Shown here: in pieces, positions 52,382 to 64,000 of the stretch | Position numbering within the stretch: the first letter of the stretch is position 1 | Layout of the letters: every line of letters begins with the position of its first letter | From: Adineta vaga | Lineage: Eukaryota > Animalia > Rotifera | NCBI GenBank assembly: GCA_021613535.1 | Contig: CP075492.1 | Span: 7,564,001 to 7,628,000, forward strand | Length of the DNA stretch: 64,000 bases | Reading direction: 5' to 3' | Program-made: the position numbers and the translations under genes | Notes under the pieces: generated by a model | Told to the model about the DNA's origin: nothing | Databases searched by the model: none | The model's input: the letters and a program-made list of their open reading frames with translations, nothing else

Positions 52382-53794
52382 TATTCTCAAAAGCAACTAT
52401 TGTGACTTATCATCATCATCGGTCTTATCAAAAATATTTTTACCTCTGTTGTTTTTGAAAGCAGAAAAAGAAAGGTTTGAAAGTATAAAATATGCCTATT
52501 ATGGTGAAAAACAGTCACGTGATCCATGTTGACGAAAAAAAAACGACACACTTCAGTGTCGTTAAAGTACGTTGAAGGATTTTAAAATGTTCTTAAAAAT
52601 CTAAGGTTATGATGATAAAACATGAGAAATTTCAGCAATAAAATCAAATCTTCTTTTAAATATTTCCATTATCGTAAAACCTTAGTATTGAGTATATTAT
52701 GGAAAACATATTTTATTTCATCAGGGTGTGAGTGTCCAGTTCGTTCCATCACTTAGTTATCCTCATCCTTTAGATGATCAACTTCGCATATCGGAATTAC
52801 TATTGAAGTAATACACGAAATACAATTATCAATTAATGTTGAATGAATCACCTATTCACTAATGAAGACTTCACATCGACAGTGATGATTGATAAACGTT
52901 AACCATCGCTATAAAACTAACTCGACAAGTTCAATTTTTACAACTTCATTTAACATTAAAATATCTTATAAGATGAGAATGAATCAGTGTAGACATGATT
53001 TCGATTCCAGACTCATATTTAAATCCTCAACTACAGCATAAAAATAGTTATTGTGTAAACGTCAACGTTTCCATGAAAAACTTCGAAGTTAAATCAAATA
53101 TAATTGTTTACTAGACGTTAATGAATTAATTTAAAACCGTTAAATTGAATAGCCTAGCCCTATTGTCACTCTCCGATCTAAGCACTGCATATGAGAAACA
53201 TGATAGAGAAAATTATGATATTCTATATTTCATCGAATTACACAGATACTTTTTAAAGGAGATTGACTAAACAGAAGAACAAAAATGTTCATTAGGATTT
53301 CTAACGAATATAAAATACATGAAGATGCGTTATCATAATGTTTTCGAGTAACATTAATATAGAACGTCATTATATGGATATTATTCTTGTTCTTCAATAC
53401 GTGACTCTGTTCTCAAACACTATACGTTGTGCAATGAGAAAAAAAGCAATCATGCATCATCAAGGAATCTATTTATATTGAGCCATGCTTGATAGATTAG
53501 AATCAAATAGATATTCATACTAGGTAAGTATAATACGATATGTTTTGCCTTCATTTATTCATGAAAGAAAATACTAAAAAAATAATCCATATAATTTTTT
53601 TCACAAGGGAATTTTATTCAAAAGGATTTCAGAATTGGTGTCATTTGAAATTCTCGAAAAGTTCGATAGAGCTAATAGTCATTTCGAGGAAACACTAATA
53701 ACGTTTGGATCGATCAACAGGAGCTAAAATTGATATTGTAAAACTTCGTGATCTTAGATTAGAATAACTACTATCTCTATTGTAAACAGTTTTG

Positions 53795-56700
53795 ATGGCG
53801 TTTATTATCTCATCGACAAGAGAATCATTTTCCACAAATGTTCCAGTCGCCACATCAGAAAACAACCAACCGATGGTAAATAGATGCAATACACACAGTG
53901 ATCCTGTCAATTCAACAGCTAAAGACATGCAGTCAGGACTCTGGTATGTAATTTTCATTGTTAATTCTGCAATTGCCATTCATAATTGTTTTCATTAGGA
54001 GAAGAATAATCTGGTCGAAACTACGATCTTTCTTTGTATTTACTATCTTTGCTGGTCTATCAATGGCAATTGGCATTTTAGTTGTTTGTTTTAAGACATC
54101 AACAAATTCGAGTAAGCATATACTTCTTGAATCTGAGAAGTCAGTCGAACGCTTTTGTTTCATTGTCTTCTCACCAAGATTTTCATTTAGCAGAGACATG
54201 TAAACCTAAAAGGCTCACAGAATTTTTGATATTGCGTGAATAAATAAAGTCTTATTCGCATGCTCATATGATGTTTAGATCCCACATGCTCGATCATGTA
54301 CAAAGCAATGGACGTCAATTTAATCGACCAAGATTCACGTCCAAGATCTATAGCTGTGTGTGACTTTAATAATGACACGAAACTAGATATGGTAGTGGTC
54401 AACTCTGCCATCGATAGTATGACAATCTTTCTTGGAAATGGTAATGGAGTTTTTACACGACTAACAACTTATTCGACTGGTATCGGTTCCAAACCATACT
54501 CGATTGCGATCGGTGATTTTAACAACGATAAACATTTAGATATTGCCGTCGCCAATTATGGTACTCATCAGATAGGCATTTTTCTTGGTTATGGCAACGG
54601 AAATTTCACATCTCAAATTACGTATTCCACCGGTGTTTCTCGCCCGTTGGCCATTATTGTCGCTGATGTCGATCATGATGATCAATCGGATATTATTGTT
54701 GTTAATTATGGTACTAATACTATTGGGATTATTTCTGGATATAGTAATGAAATGTTTGCAACTCAAGTATTATATTCCACTGGATATGATTCTTTTCCAT
54801 ATGCGATTGCCATTGGTGATTTCAATAATGATACACAACTTGATTTCGTTGTAGCTAATTACGGTACATACACGATAGAGATTTTTCTTGGATATGATAA
54901 TGGTACGTTTCGTCAGCAGGAGATTTACTTTGTTGGTCGAGATTCACGACCATGCTCCGTGGCGGTTAATGATTTTAACGAGGATAATATTTTAGATATT
55001 ATCGTTGCCAATAGTGGAACGGGTAGTGTTGCCATATTCGTAGGCTATGGAAATGGATCATTTGCAAGTAAAAAGATATTTTCAACGGATATTTTTGGTT
55101 TTCAACAGATTGCTGTTGGTGACATCGACAATGATCATCGACAAGATATTATTCTAACCAATCATATGGACGATAGTATATGTATACTACGTGGCTCTAA
55201 CGATGGAAATTTTGGCAATAAAACAAGCTATTCAACAGGCGTCAATTCAAATCCTCATTCAGTTATAATTGTTGATCTTAACGATGATAAAAGATTGGAT
55301 ATTATCACGATTAATAACGGTACTAATAGCATCGCTATCATGCTCGGATATGATCCTGGAGAGTTTCTCAATCAAACAACGTACTCTACTGGATATGAAT
55401 CTGAACCAAAATCCGTTGCTGTGGGTGACTTGAATAACGACCATCGTTTGGATATTGTTGTTGCGAATTATGTCGCCGATAACATTGGAGTATTTCTTGC
55501 AACTGATAACGGTACATTTTCCTCGCAAACTACATATTCAACTGGATTTTTCTCTTATCCACAAGCAGTGGCCGTTGCTGACTTGAATAATGACAGTCAG
55601 CTAGACATCATTGTTGCTAATTTTGTCGGTGATAATATAACGATATTTTTTGGATATGGCGATGGACGATTTGAAAATCGAACTAAATATTGGACAGGAG
55701 AGCGGTCTGGACCACAGTCAATCGCCATAAATGATTTGAACCATGATACTCAACTTGATATCGTCGTTGGTAATTATCGTGCTGGAAGTATTGGAATATT
55801 TCTTGGCATTGGTAATGGAAAGTTCGCCAATCAAACAATATATTCACTTTACGATGGAACATCGTTAGCCTCTGTGGCTATTGGAGATTTCAATGGTGAT
55901 GATCACTTGGATATTGTGGCGTCTGGTGTGGGTTTTGATTCAAAGATAATTATATACTTCGGTTTAGGAAATGGAAGCTTCGTTAATCCAATCACATATT
56001 TAACTGGCTTTGATTCCGGTGCATATTCAGTTGCTGTCGCTGATGTAAATAATGATAGCAAACTTGATATTGCTGTCGCTAATAGAAACGACTTTAGTGT
56101 TGGAATATTCCTCGGACTAGGAAATGGAACATTCGAAGATCAGAAGAAATATTTAACTGAAGCTAGATCTTCTCCGATTTCGATTGCTATTGCTGATTTT
56201 AATAACGATAGTTTTCTCGATATAGCCGCCGCTCATTCGAACTCTGATCATTTCGGTATATTTCTTGGACTTGGTGATGGAACGTTTAAAAGTCAAAGGA
56301 GATTTTCTACTGGAGATCAATCTTCACCGGCCGCAGTAACCTATGGAGATTTCAATACTGACCGCCGATTGGATATTGTTGTTGCTAATTCTCAATCTTC
56401 GACTATTGGTATATTTCTTGGATATGATCAGGGAGCTATTGGAAGTCCACAAACGTATTCAACTGGTTCAGCGACGAATCCACAATCGATTGTCATCGGA
56501 GATTTTAATCGTGATCAACAACTAGATATTGCCGTTGCAAATTATGGTACTGACAGTATTAGTGTACTTCTTGGTTATAGTAATCTAACGTTTACAAGTG
56601 AAACTAATTATCCTACAGGTTCTGATTCGTTACCAAAATCAATTACTATTGCCGATTTGAATAATGACTCCGTCTTGGATATTATTGTAGCAAATTTTGG

Positions 56701-58584
56701 TAACGATAATATTGGTTTGTTTCTTGGAAATAGGAATGGAACATTTCGAAAGCAAACAACATTTGCGACTGACTTGGGTTCTCGCCCATTTTCTATTGCT
56801 GTGACTGATTTCAATCACGACAATCAATCAGATCTAGCCATTGCTTTTTCTGGTACGAATAATGTCGGCATTTTTCTCGGTTATAAATATCCGGATGTGA
56901 CTAGTCAAAAGACATATTCAACCGGGAATCAATCTAATCCGTGTTCAGTTGCTGTAGGTGATTTTAATGACGACAAATTACTCGATGTAGTCGTCACCAA
57001 TATGCCGTGGGAAATATCGGTATCTTTCTCGCAATAGACCATGAAAATTTCGGTGATCAGACAATTTATTCGACAGGAAATGGTTCGATGCCACAATCGG
57101 TCGCTGTCAGTGACTTTAATAATGACAATCGATTGGATATCGTCGTTGTGAATAATGCTGCTGAGAATATCGGAGTTTTTCTCGGATATGGTAATGGAAC
57201 ATTTGCTCCGCAAGCGACATATGCAACTGGAGACGGTTCTTTTCCACAATGGATTTCTGTCGGAGATTTTAATAATGATAATCGAACGGATATCGTCGTT
57301 TCCAATTCATTCGGTCAAAACATAGGTGTCTTTCTTGCGTACAGTAATGGAACGTTTGCTCCTCAACAAACATATTCAATCGGAGATCAGTTCATCCCTT
57401 CGCCAATCACGGTCGGTGACTTGAATGGTGACAATCAATTAGATATTGTTGTTGTTAATGATGATCTTTTCCGTAAAAGTTTAGAAATATTTCTTGGATT
57501 TGGCAATGGAACGTTCTTAACCGAAACAAAATATTCTATTTTACTGAGAGACGATACCAGCGCTAGTTCGATGGCTCTCGGTGATTTCAATAATGATAAA
57601 CAATTCGATATCGTTGTTTGTTATAGTCGTGCCGATAGTATAGGAGTATTTCTTGCAAATGGCAATGTAAGCTTTGCATCTGAAAAGACATATGCAATCG
57701 AAACGAATGCTTATCCTCAGTCGATTGCTGTCGGTGATTTTAATAATGATAATCGATTGGATATCGTTATAGCTAATACAAACACTAACAATATTGGCTT
57801 ATTTATTGGATTTGGTGATGGGACTTTTCAGCTTGTTAGACTGTACTCTACAGGTTACAAAACTGGACCATTATCAATTGCTGTGGCTGATTTTGATCAT
57901 GATGCTATTTTAGATATTGTTGTCGGTTATGGTCAATCGGGAAGTATAGGGGTATTTTTTGGTTTTTATGATCAAATCTTTTTCAGGCAGCTACTCTTGA
58001 CAACAGGTGCGAGTTCTGGTCCTCAATCCGTCACCGTTGCGGATGTCAACAACGACACTCGAGAGGATGTGATCGTGGCCAATACAAATGTCGATAATAT
58101 TGGGATATTTCTGGGAAATGGCGATGGAACATTTCTGAATCAAACAACTTATTCAACTGGTTCTGGCTCTCGTCCGTACTCGGTCGTCGTCGGTAATTTT
58201 AACAATGACAATCGAACTGATATTGTCGTCGCCAATTATGGAAGCGAGAGTGTCGGTGTATTTCTTGGATTGAATAATGGTACGTTTGCAAGTCAAATGA
58301 TATACGCGGTTGGTGTGGATTCCCGACCATCTTCGATTGCTACGTTTGATTTCAATCAGGACAATCAATTGGATGTTGTTATCACTGATGAAGGAACAAA
58401 CAAAATAGTTGTTCTTTTTGGATCTAGTAATGGAACTTTTCAAATGTTAACCAAGTATGAAACTGGATATAATTCTCGACCGTGTGCTATTGCAATCGGG
58501 AATTTAAACAATGACACACAAAGAGATATTATCATTGCCAATTGTGGTACTAATAATATAGGATTTGTTTCGAAGTTTTGTTGA
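53795..58584 (+). CDS. Type II membrane-anchored FG-GAP/VCBS repeat beta-propeller protein (28 repeats); one 1-nt frameshift at ~57001
   Basis: Exons 53795-53944 and 53999-54111 (TM FFVFTIFAGLSMAIGILVVCF), then one large exon from 54279 with ~51-aa repeats D(F/L)NxDxxLDIVVAN...IGIFLGxGNGTF. Adding one T at ACC AA(T) TAT GCC GTG GGA joins ORFs 54296-57037 and 57007-58584. Confidence 0.88.
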
Positions 58585-59064
58585 GGATCACAATGTGGAT
58601 GTTAGATCAGTCGAAGGCTCATAGATGCTCATGCCTGCCAACGTACATCCACCCTTATGAGCTTCACGCTGATTAAATAAATTCATTTCTTCAAAATCTT
58701 GAGGATGGGTGGGGTGGGTTTAGATATATCTTCTTCTTTCAAACCCATACCCTCAAGATATATTTTTCATGCTCTAACATAAATGGTAAAGGAATCGATC
58801 GGAAAACTGCAAATCTCGAGACACTATCTACTGGAATTTCTAAAATACTGCTGAGATGGCAAGACGTGGTTGAGAGGTTGATGAGTCACTATTACTTAAT
58901 GAACAGTATCGTAAAGTTCATTAGTTTGATCTTGTTTTACTATTATATTAATATCTTAGTATTGCGTATCTCATAAAAAACATATTTTATTTTATCAAAT
59001 TCAGCAATAAGAGATAAAAAACGACTTTTTCAATTAATTAATATTGCTGTATAACGACGCTATA

Positions 59065-61279
59065 TCAAGCTTCTTTAATCAATATGCCATAAGGTCGAAT
59101 ATCTTTTGGATCTGGAACAACCCATATATCGTCAACTTCAGTTGTTTTAATACCATCCGGATTGACAGCTACTTGCAACATGCATTTAAATTTCTTTTCT
59201 CCACGAACAGTCTTTAATGGAACGATTTAACATAACTATTTTCAGGAAAAGTCGGATTCGGTGAACAATAGACACCTTCTCCGTATGCGTGCTCTCGAGC
59301 TTTCAGAAATTCATTCACGTGAATACTAGCAAGAGCATCAACACATGCATATTGTGGATCAGATAAGTCAGTCCCATCACCAAAGTCTATACTCTTTGCA
59401 CGACCAGTTCCATCGCGAAAGTCTTCACTCTTTACACGACCAGTTCCATGAAAAGCTCTGTACCAATTTCTAGAGTCTCGAAATGGATGAAGCCAATAGT
59501 CATCGGAATATTTACCTAGAACTTTCAATCCATATCGCGTCCATCCAGACGGTGTTGTATATGTTTTTGTGCGTTCAGGTGGTCCAACTTCATACGTTTT
59601 TGATACACTATCAAATGTCTTATTACCACGCTTATCAAAATATGCAATATCAAATGATGGACGAAATAACAGTGGATGGATTTTCGCAGAAACAAATTCA
59701 TCGAATTGTTTCTCCAACTTTTTCGAAATTTTATACAATGATTCGGTCGTGCTTTTTACTAGGTCCAGAACGGTATAAAGAATATTAAATGATCCAACAA
59801 ACACATTTTTTATTACAACATCTTCTTTGTTGACTTTATGTGCCTCTGATAATCGTGTAAGAATGTCGTCAATAATTGGATCAGATTCATTTTGTCTAAT
59901 GACATTTATTAATTTTTGAGCGAGTTTCAAATCATCCAGTTCAGTTTGATCTGTATTTCGATTCCCTAAACCCTTACTACTATTTAATTTTAGTATAAAT
60001 ACTTTGTCTTCAGAATTGATATCCGCTAAATTTGCAGATGCATCATAAAGATTGATCCCACTTCGTGAGTCATAAAATAAACAATCTTCATTTTCAGTTT
60101 TATAAATGATGTTTAAAATATGACATAAAGTATTTCTATCATTAACATCTCCTGATGGTAACGTCTCTAATATTGATTTTGTAAACTCTCTCGCTTTTGC
60201 TAACTCTGGTCCTGATTCATCGATGGTAGCATTGATATTTGGAAAGTTGTCATAATATGCTTTTAATTTTTCTTGCTCTTTCTTGAATATCATCAGAATA
60301 TCTTCGTTTTGTTCGTTGTAATTATCATGTTGAAGAGTATTGTTTTCCTTGGAATTAGTATTTGTTTTTACTAAAAAAAACAGATTTATTATTTAACAAT
60401 GCTGTACGATTGTTCATATCTAATGATTACCTTGAATATAATCATCACTATGGTATTGATCTTGTGCTTGTGAAAGCGTTGGATTATCGAATCTATCTAT
60501 CGACGAAACTATTTTGATTTTGTCTTGCATTTCTGTCATATGTAATAGTGAAGAATCAATCTCATTCAGATTGTTCACCGACTTGGTTTCAGTTTTCGTT
60601 TCCATACCCTCAAGTTTCGAAATATCAGTAAATATGTTATTTGTTGGTATTTCTGTCAGATTTGCGTCAGTTTTGCTTGTTTCCTTTGTTTCTAAGACGT
60701 GCAGCTGTATACCTTCGAGGTCAATAACATTACAAACCTTTTGTTCATTATTGGCACTTATTCTAAATATAAATAGATTTATTCTACGTATTGCTACTGT
60801 TGTACATACTCCTGAGGTTTTTTGGCGATGAGCCGGGGAATCTTAGATATTTTCTTGGCATTCATCAGATTCTTATTGAGAGCAGAGGACGAGTTATCAG
60901 CCGTTGGTATGGTACTTTGAGATGGCGAAAATGTATATCCTGGTGCTCGTATAGGTATTCGAGATTTTGGCACGCATGATTTTGTAGTAGTGGAGAGATT
61001 TGTTGCCAATTCAGGAAATTGTTTTTGATCTTCAGAACGAGACGGTTTTGTATCAGCTGATTGAATAACATAACGTTTTCTTTTCGGTTTATTTGTTACC
61101 GATTCTGTACTTATACGAGCTAGCCAAAGTCTATTGTGTTTTTCACATCGATGGCATGTATCTGGTAGTTCTTCGACCGGTTTATTCAACGACGCTATAG
61201 AGCAACTGCTTTTGCTACATCTTATACCACCAGAGTTTCGAAGATCGAAACCTTTTGAATAACTTGAAGATGATTTCAT
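59065..61279 (-). CDS. ART/PARP-fold (NEURL4-like) ADP-ribosyltransferase with a low-complexity N-terminus; 3 exons, 1-nt frameshift at ~59227
   Basis: PSGWTRYGLKV..WYRAFHGTG...YGEGVYCSP. One extra A continues the frame as IVPLKTVRGEKKFKCMLQVAVNPDG..DIWVVPDPKDIRPYGILIKEA* (TGA 59067-59065). Phase-compatible introns at ~60809-60763 and ~60430-60372. Confidence 0.78.
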
Positions 61280-62338
61280 TCTGAAAGTTGTAGTTGTATC
61301 TGTGTCAAGTAAGTGTCGTACGTATGAAGAAATTTAAGTAGTTACCTGTTCTCTTTGTACAAAAGTCTGTAATAAAAGGAAAATATTTTCTTAAAACGTC
61401 CGACGTAGCAGCACGTATTGGTTTCAACTCTATTATGAAAAAGAAAAAAAAACAACTACGAGACAAAAGCACACCTTTTCCATTGCATGTTTATACGCTA
61501 AGTCAATAGAAGAAAAAGTCTTAAAAAAAGAGTAAGCAAATACTATGAGTAGGTTTACATAGATTTAATGAGAAAACCATACGAATTTCGATGACAAACT
61601 CTGACAAAAGAAATACTACAGCTTATTGCTGCCTTGTTTACCTAGCAGATATTTCTTTCTTCAAATTTTTTTATATTCCTTGTTTACTAAGAAAAAACAT
61701 GATATAGTATGTTTTAATTGATTTATAAATTCTTTTTTTCTCAATCTAAATGTATCCATTACAATGAAATGAGAACATCGTAGCTGAATTTTCGTCTGAC
61801 ATTTATTTCGAAAAGAAATCTGAGTATTAGTAAACGATAGAAGAATGATGTGATGTAATTAAAAACTCATTTCAGGTTTAAACTAAAAATTTACAATGAT
61901 TCCATATGGTTAGATAATATTTTATTTTATTGTAAAATACGGTGTATTCTAAAATAAACCGTATACTTTTTATAAACACAACTCGCTTTTAAGACAAAAT
62001 CAATGTTATATTTATGAATCTAAAGCAAATCATAGCTTTATTTATAAACAACATCAACATACCTTTGTTCCCACGACTTCAATCATATGAAGGTAGATTA
62101 TCTAGATTCGAACAGAAGACTTATATCACAGTATATCGTTCAGTGAACACATAAAATGTAATATTCTGACAGTTCTGTTCTCCTGAATTAATCTCTTATT
62201 TTGCTTATGATTATTTTGACAATGATTTGCATGAAGATGATAAGACAAAACTCTGAATATAAGAAGTTCATTTACTGTCATTTAGTACAGATTTATTGAC
62301 GATATATTTATTATAGACAATCTTCCAACATACATTCT

Positions 62339-63392
62339 TCAATGATCTCCTATTCGATGTCGACAACTTATTTGCTGTCGAAACATCCGACTTGTCAACG
62401 TAAAAATAAAGAATGTCATACTATGTCCAGCTCCTGATATTGCTCCAATAAGATTGATAAATACATTATCTATTGCCAATTGAAGACGATCTTTTACTTG
62501 ATCAGCTGTAAATATAATATACAATTGACAAATCGCATATGCAGTTGTTGTTAAACCAACTGTTAAACTTTGAAATAAAGCCATTCGAACTAAATTCTTT
62601 TCTTTATTCACTGACGCAGGTTGTGCAGGTGTTTGAATGAGCTATTGGTAATATTTTTCGACGACTAATATGTTGAATCGTTAATAGTGAAAAAGTAAGC
62701 ATTAACAAAGGTGGTCCTAGTCCATACATTACTAAATGCCAAATACCGAGAAAGAACCCATAAGAACTATTATCAACTGTACAACTTCGACGAGGTAAGA
62801 CGATCCCATAAAAAACAGGTATATGTGAATATGCAGCATGAATTAAAATGATTGTTAAAGGAATTGAACAACGAGCAATACGAAAACTACTCAGTTTTCG
62901 AATATTAGCCTGTGTTGAACTATGCAAGAATCTGGAAAATATTTATTCATAGAATGTCTTTGTTTTCATTTCTAGAAAATATAGTTACCTATCAACTGAA
63001 GCAAGAACAAGAAACCATATTGCTAATGCTCTAGGTAATGAAATAGGTGTGATTATAATTATCAAAATAGAAGTTTCTTACCGCCATGAAAAGGTCAGAT
63101 AACTTTTCAATTGACAGAATATCTGAGAATCTACAGTTGGATCGATACTATATCCTAACTGAAGTGTTCGAAGTGGGAAATTAAACACAGTGAAAAGAAG
63201 AGCAGCGATAGATGATGACAAGAAGTACATACAACATGGATTTGTTCTTAAATTTGGTCTGGTGAAGACATAAACATTTAATAGATTACAAACAACACCA
63301 AATGTGAAGATAACTGGAAAACTATATCGTGCAAGTGCAATAACGAATGCATTCATTTGATTGATCGAATTTTGAACATCCGATGAGGACAT
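62339..63392 (-). CDS. Orphan rhodopsin-like 7TM receptor, 3 exons, apparent frameshift at ~62605-62660
   Basis: TM1 GVVCNLLN, LRTNPCCMYF, IFCQLKSY, spliced ASVDR|F (DRY-like), TM5 GLGPPLLM, TM7 FFIFTLTSRMFR. Confidence 0.8.
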
Positions 63393-64000
63393 TTTATAAT
63401 TGAAGAAGATGTTTCCGTAGATGAAATCCGTATATATATATATATATAAAGAAAAGTAAAATGCGTATTATAGAGATATGAAGTTTTTTAATGTAACCAT
63501 TTGTTATTAAACGAGGGAAAACGCAAAATAGATGAGTGGTCGGATGCTCGGAAATTATATCTGTTTTATGAAAGAATATATTAAGATCAGAAAAACCTTG
63601 TTAATCACACACCATTTGTCTTCAAAGTACTTCATTATTCATGTTTATACGTCCATGCATGAGCTAGTCCGCAAATAATAAAATCGTAAAATCTTCGAAT
63701 ATACACTAATGAGATGATTTGCTCTTTATTATAAATATCTCTCAAAAAACATATTAAGAAAATGAAATTTAAAAAGACAAAAGGGCATCCAATATGAGAG
63801 CGTTTAGGTGTTAGTAAGTGATGGATGCTAAAAGAATGCTGCTTTTTTTGTCCTCATTCGTACTTTTTATCAGAAATTTCCATCACTATAGATTATATTC
63901 AAACAGTATTAGTTGAAAAACATGTGAAATAAATCTTCTTTTTGTTTTGCAATCATATGAATATTTCATATTGATACTATATACGTGTTATCTAATGTTC

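Noticed and set aside
52400-53700. Possible transposon or ncRNA in the P450/FG-GAP intergenic region
   Set aside because: No terminal repeats, transposase or RT remnants, or tRNA/snRNA structure recognisable by eye.
56990-57015. Programmed ribosomal frameshift joining the two FG-GAP ORFs
   Set aside because: No slippery heptamer at the junction; one missing T restores the repeat consensus, so an indel is simpler.
54296-58584. Regular ~150-nt periodicity as a CRISPR array or DNA satellite
   Set aside because: The repeats are conserved at protein level with diverged codons; they are coding FG-GAP repeats.
58705-58720. G-rich tract as a telomeric repeat or G-quadruplex
   Set aside because: Only three GGG runs, not tandem TGTGGG-type repeats; better explained as a hairpin arm.

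Overview
AT-rich, gene-dense eukaryotic (metazoan) genomic DNA with many short (~45-80 nt) GT-AG introns. Intron size, the orphan 7TM receptors, the NHL-REJ-GAIN and FG-GAP repeat genes and an intronless bacterial-type enzyme suggest a bdelloid rotifer (inference, not verified). About 22 genes or gene remnants are visible. Conserved intron-containing genes are SNRNP200/Brr2, a type II TM serine protease, a ZAD-like C2H2 zinc-finger factor, an innexin, PKD2, a DUSP, Ssdp/SSBP, an ERK5-like MAPK, PXK and PLCXD. They are interleaved with intronless or lineage-specific genes. The main candidates for novelty are: (1) a J-like + 3 ankyrin clusters + NEURL4-type ADP-ribosyltransferase with tankyrase-like architecture, plus a second ART-fold gene; (2) a probably horizontally acquired bacterial sugar-phosphate isomerase/epimerase; (3) a membrane-anchored 28-repeat FG-GAP protein whose linker pattern 7|7|3|7|4 suggests one propeller nested inside another; (4) an NHL-REJ-GAIN polycystin-1-like ectodomain that stops at the GPS site; (5) an intronless CYP7-like P450 with a perfect everted AGGTCA repeat abutting its TATA box; (6) a MAPK with a TQY activation motif. 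Several single-base frameshifts are probably assembly errors. No tRNA, rRNA, CRISPR array or intact transposon was recognised. All homology calls come from motif recognition by eye; no database search was run.
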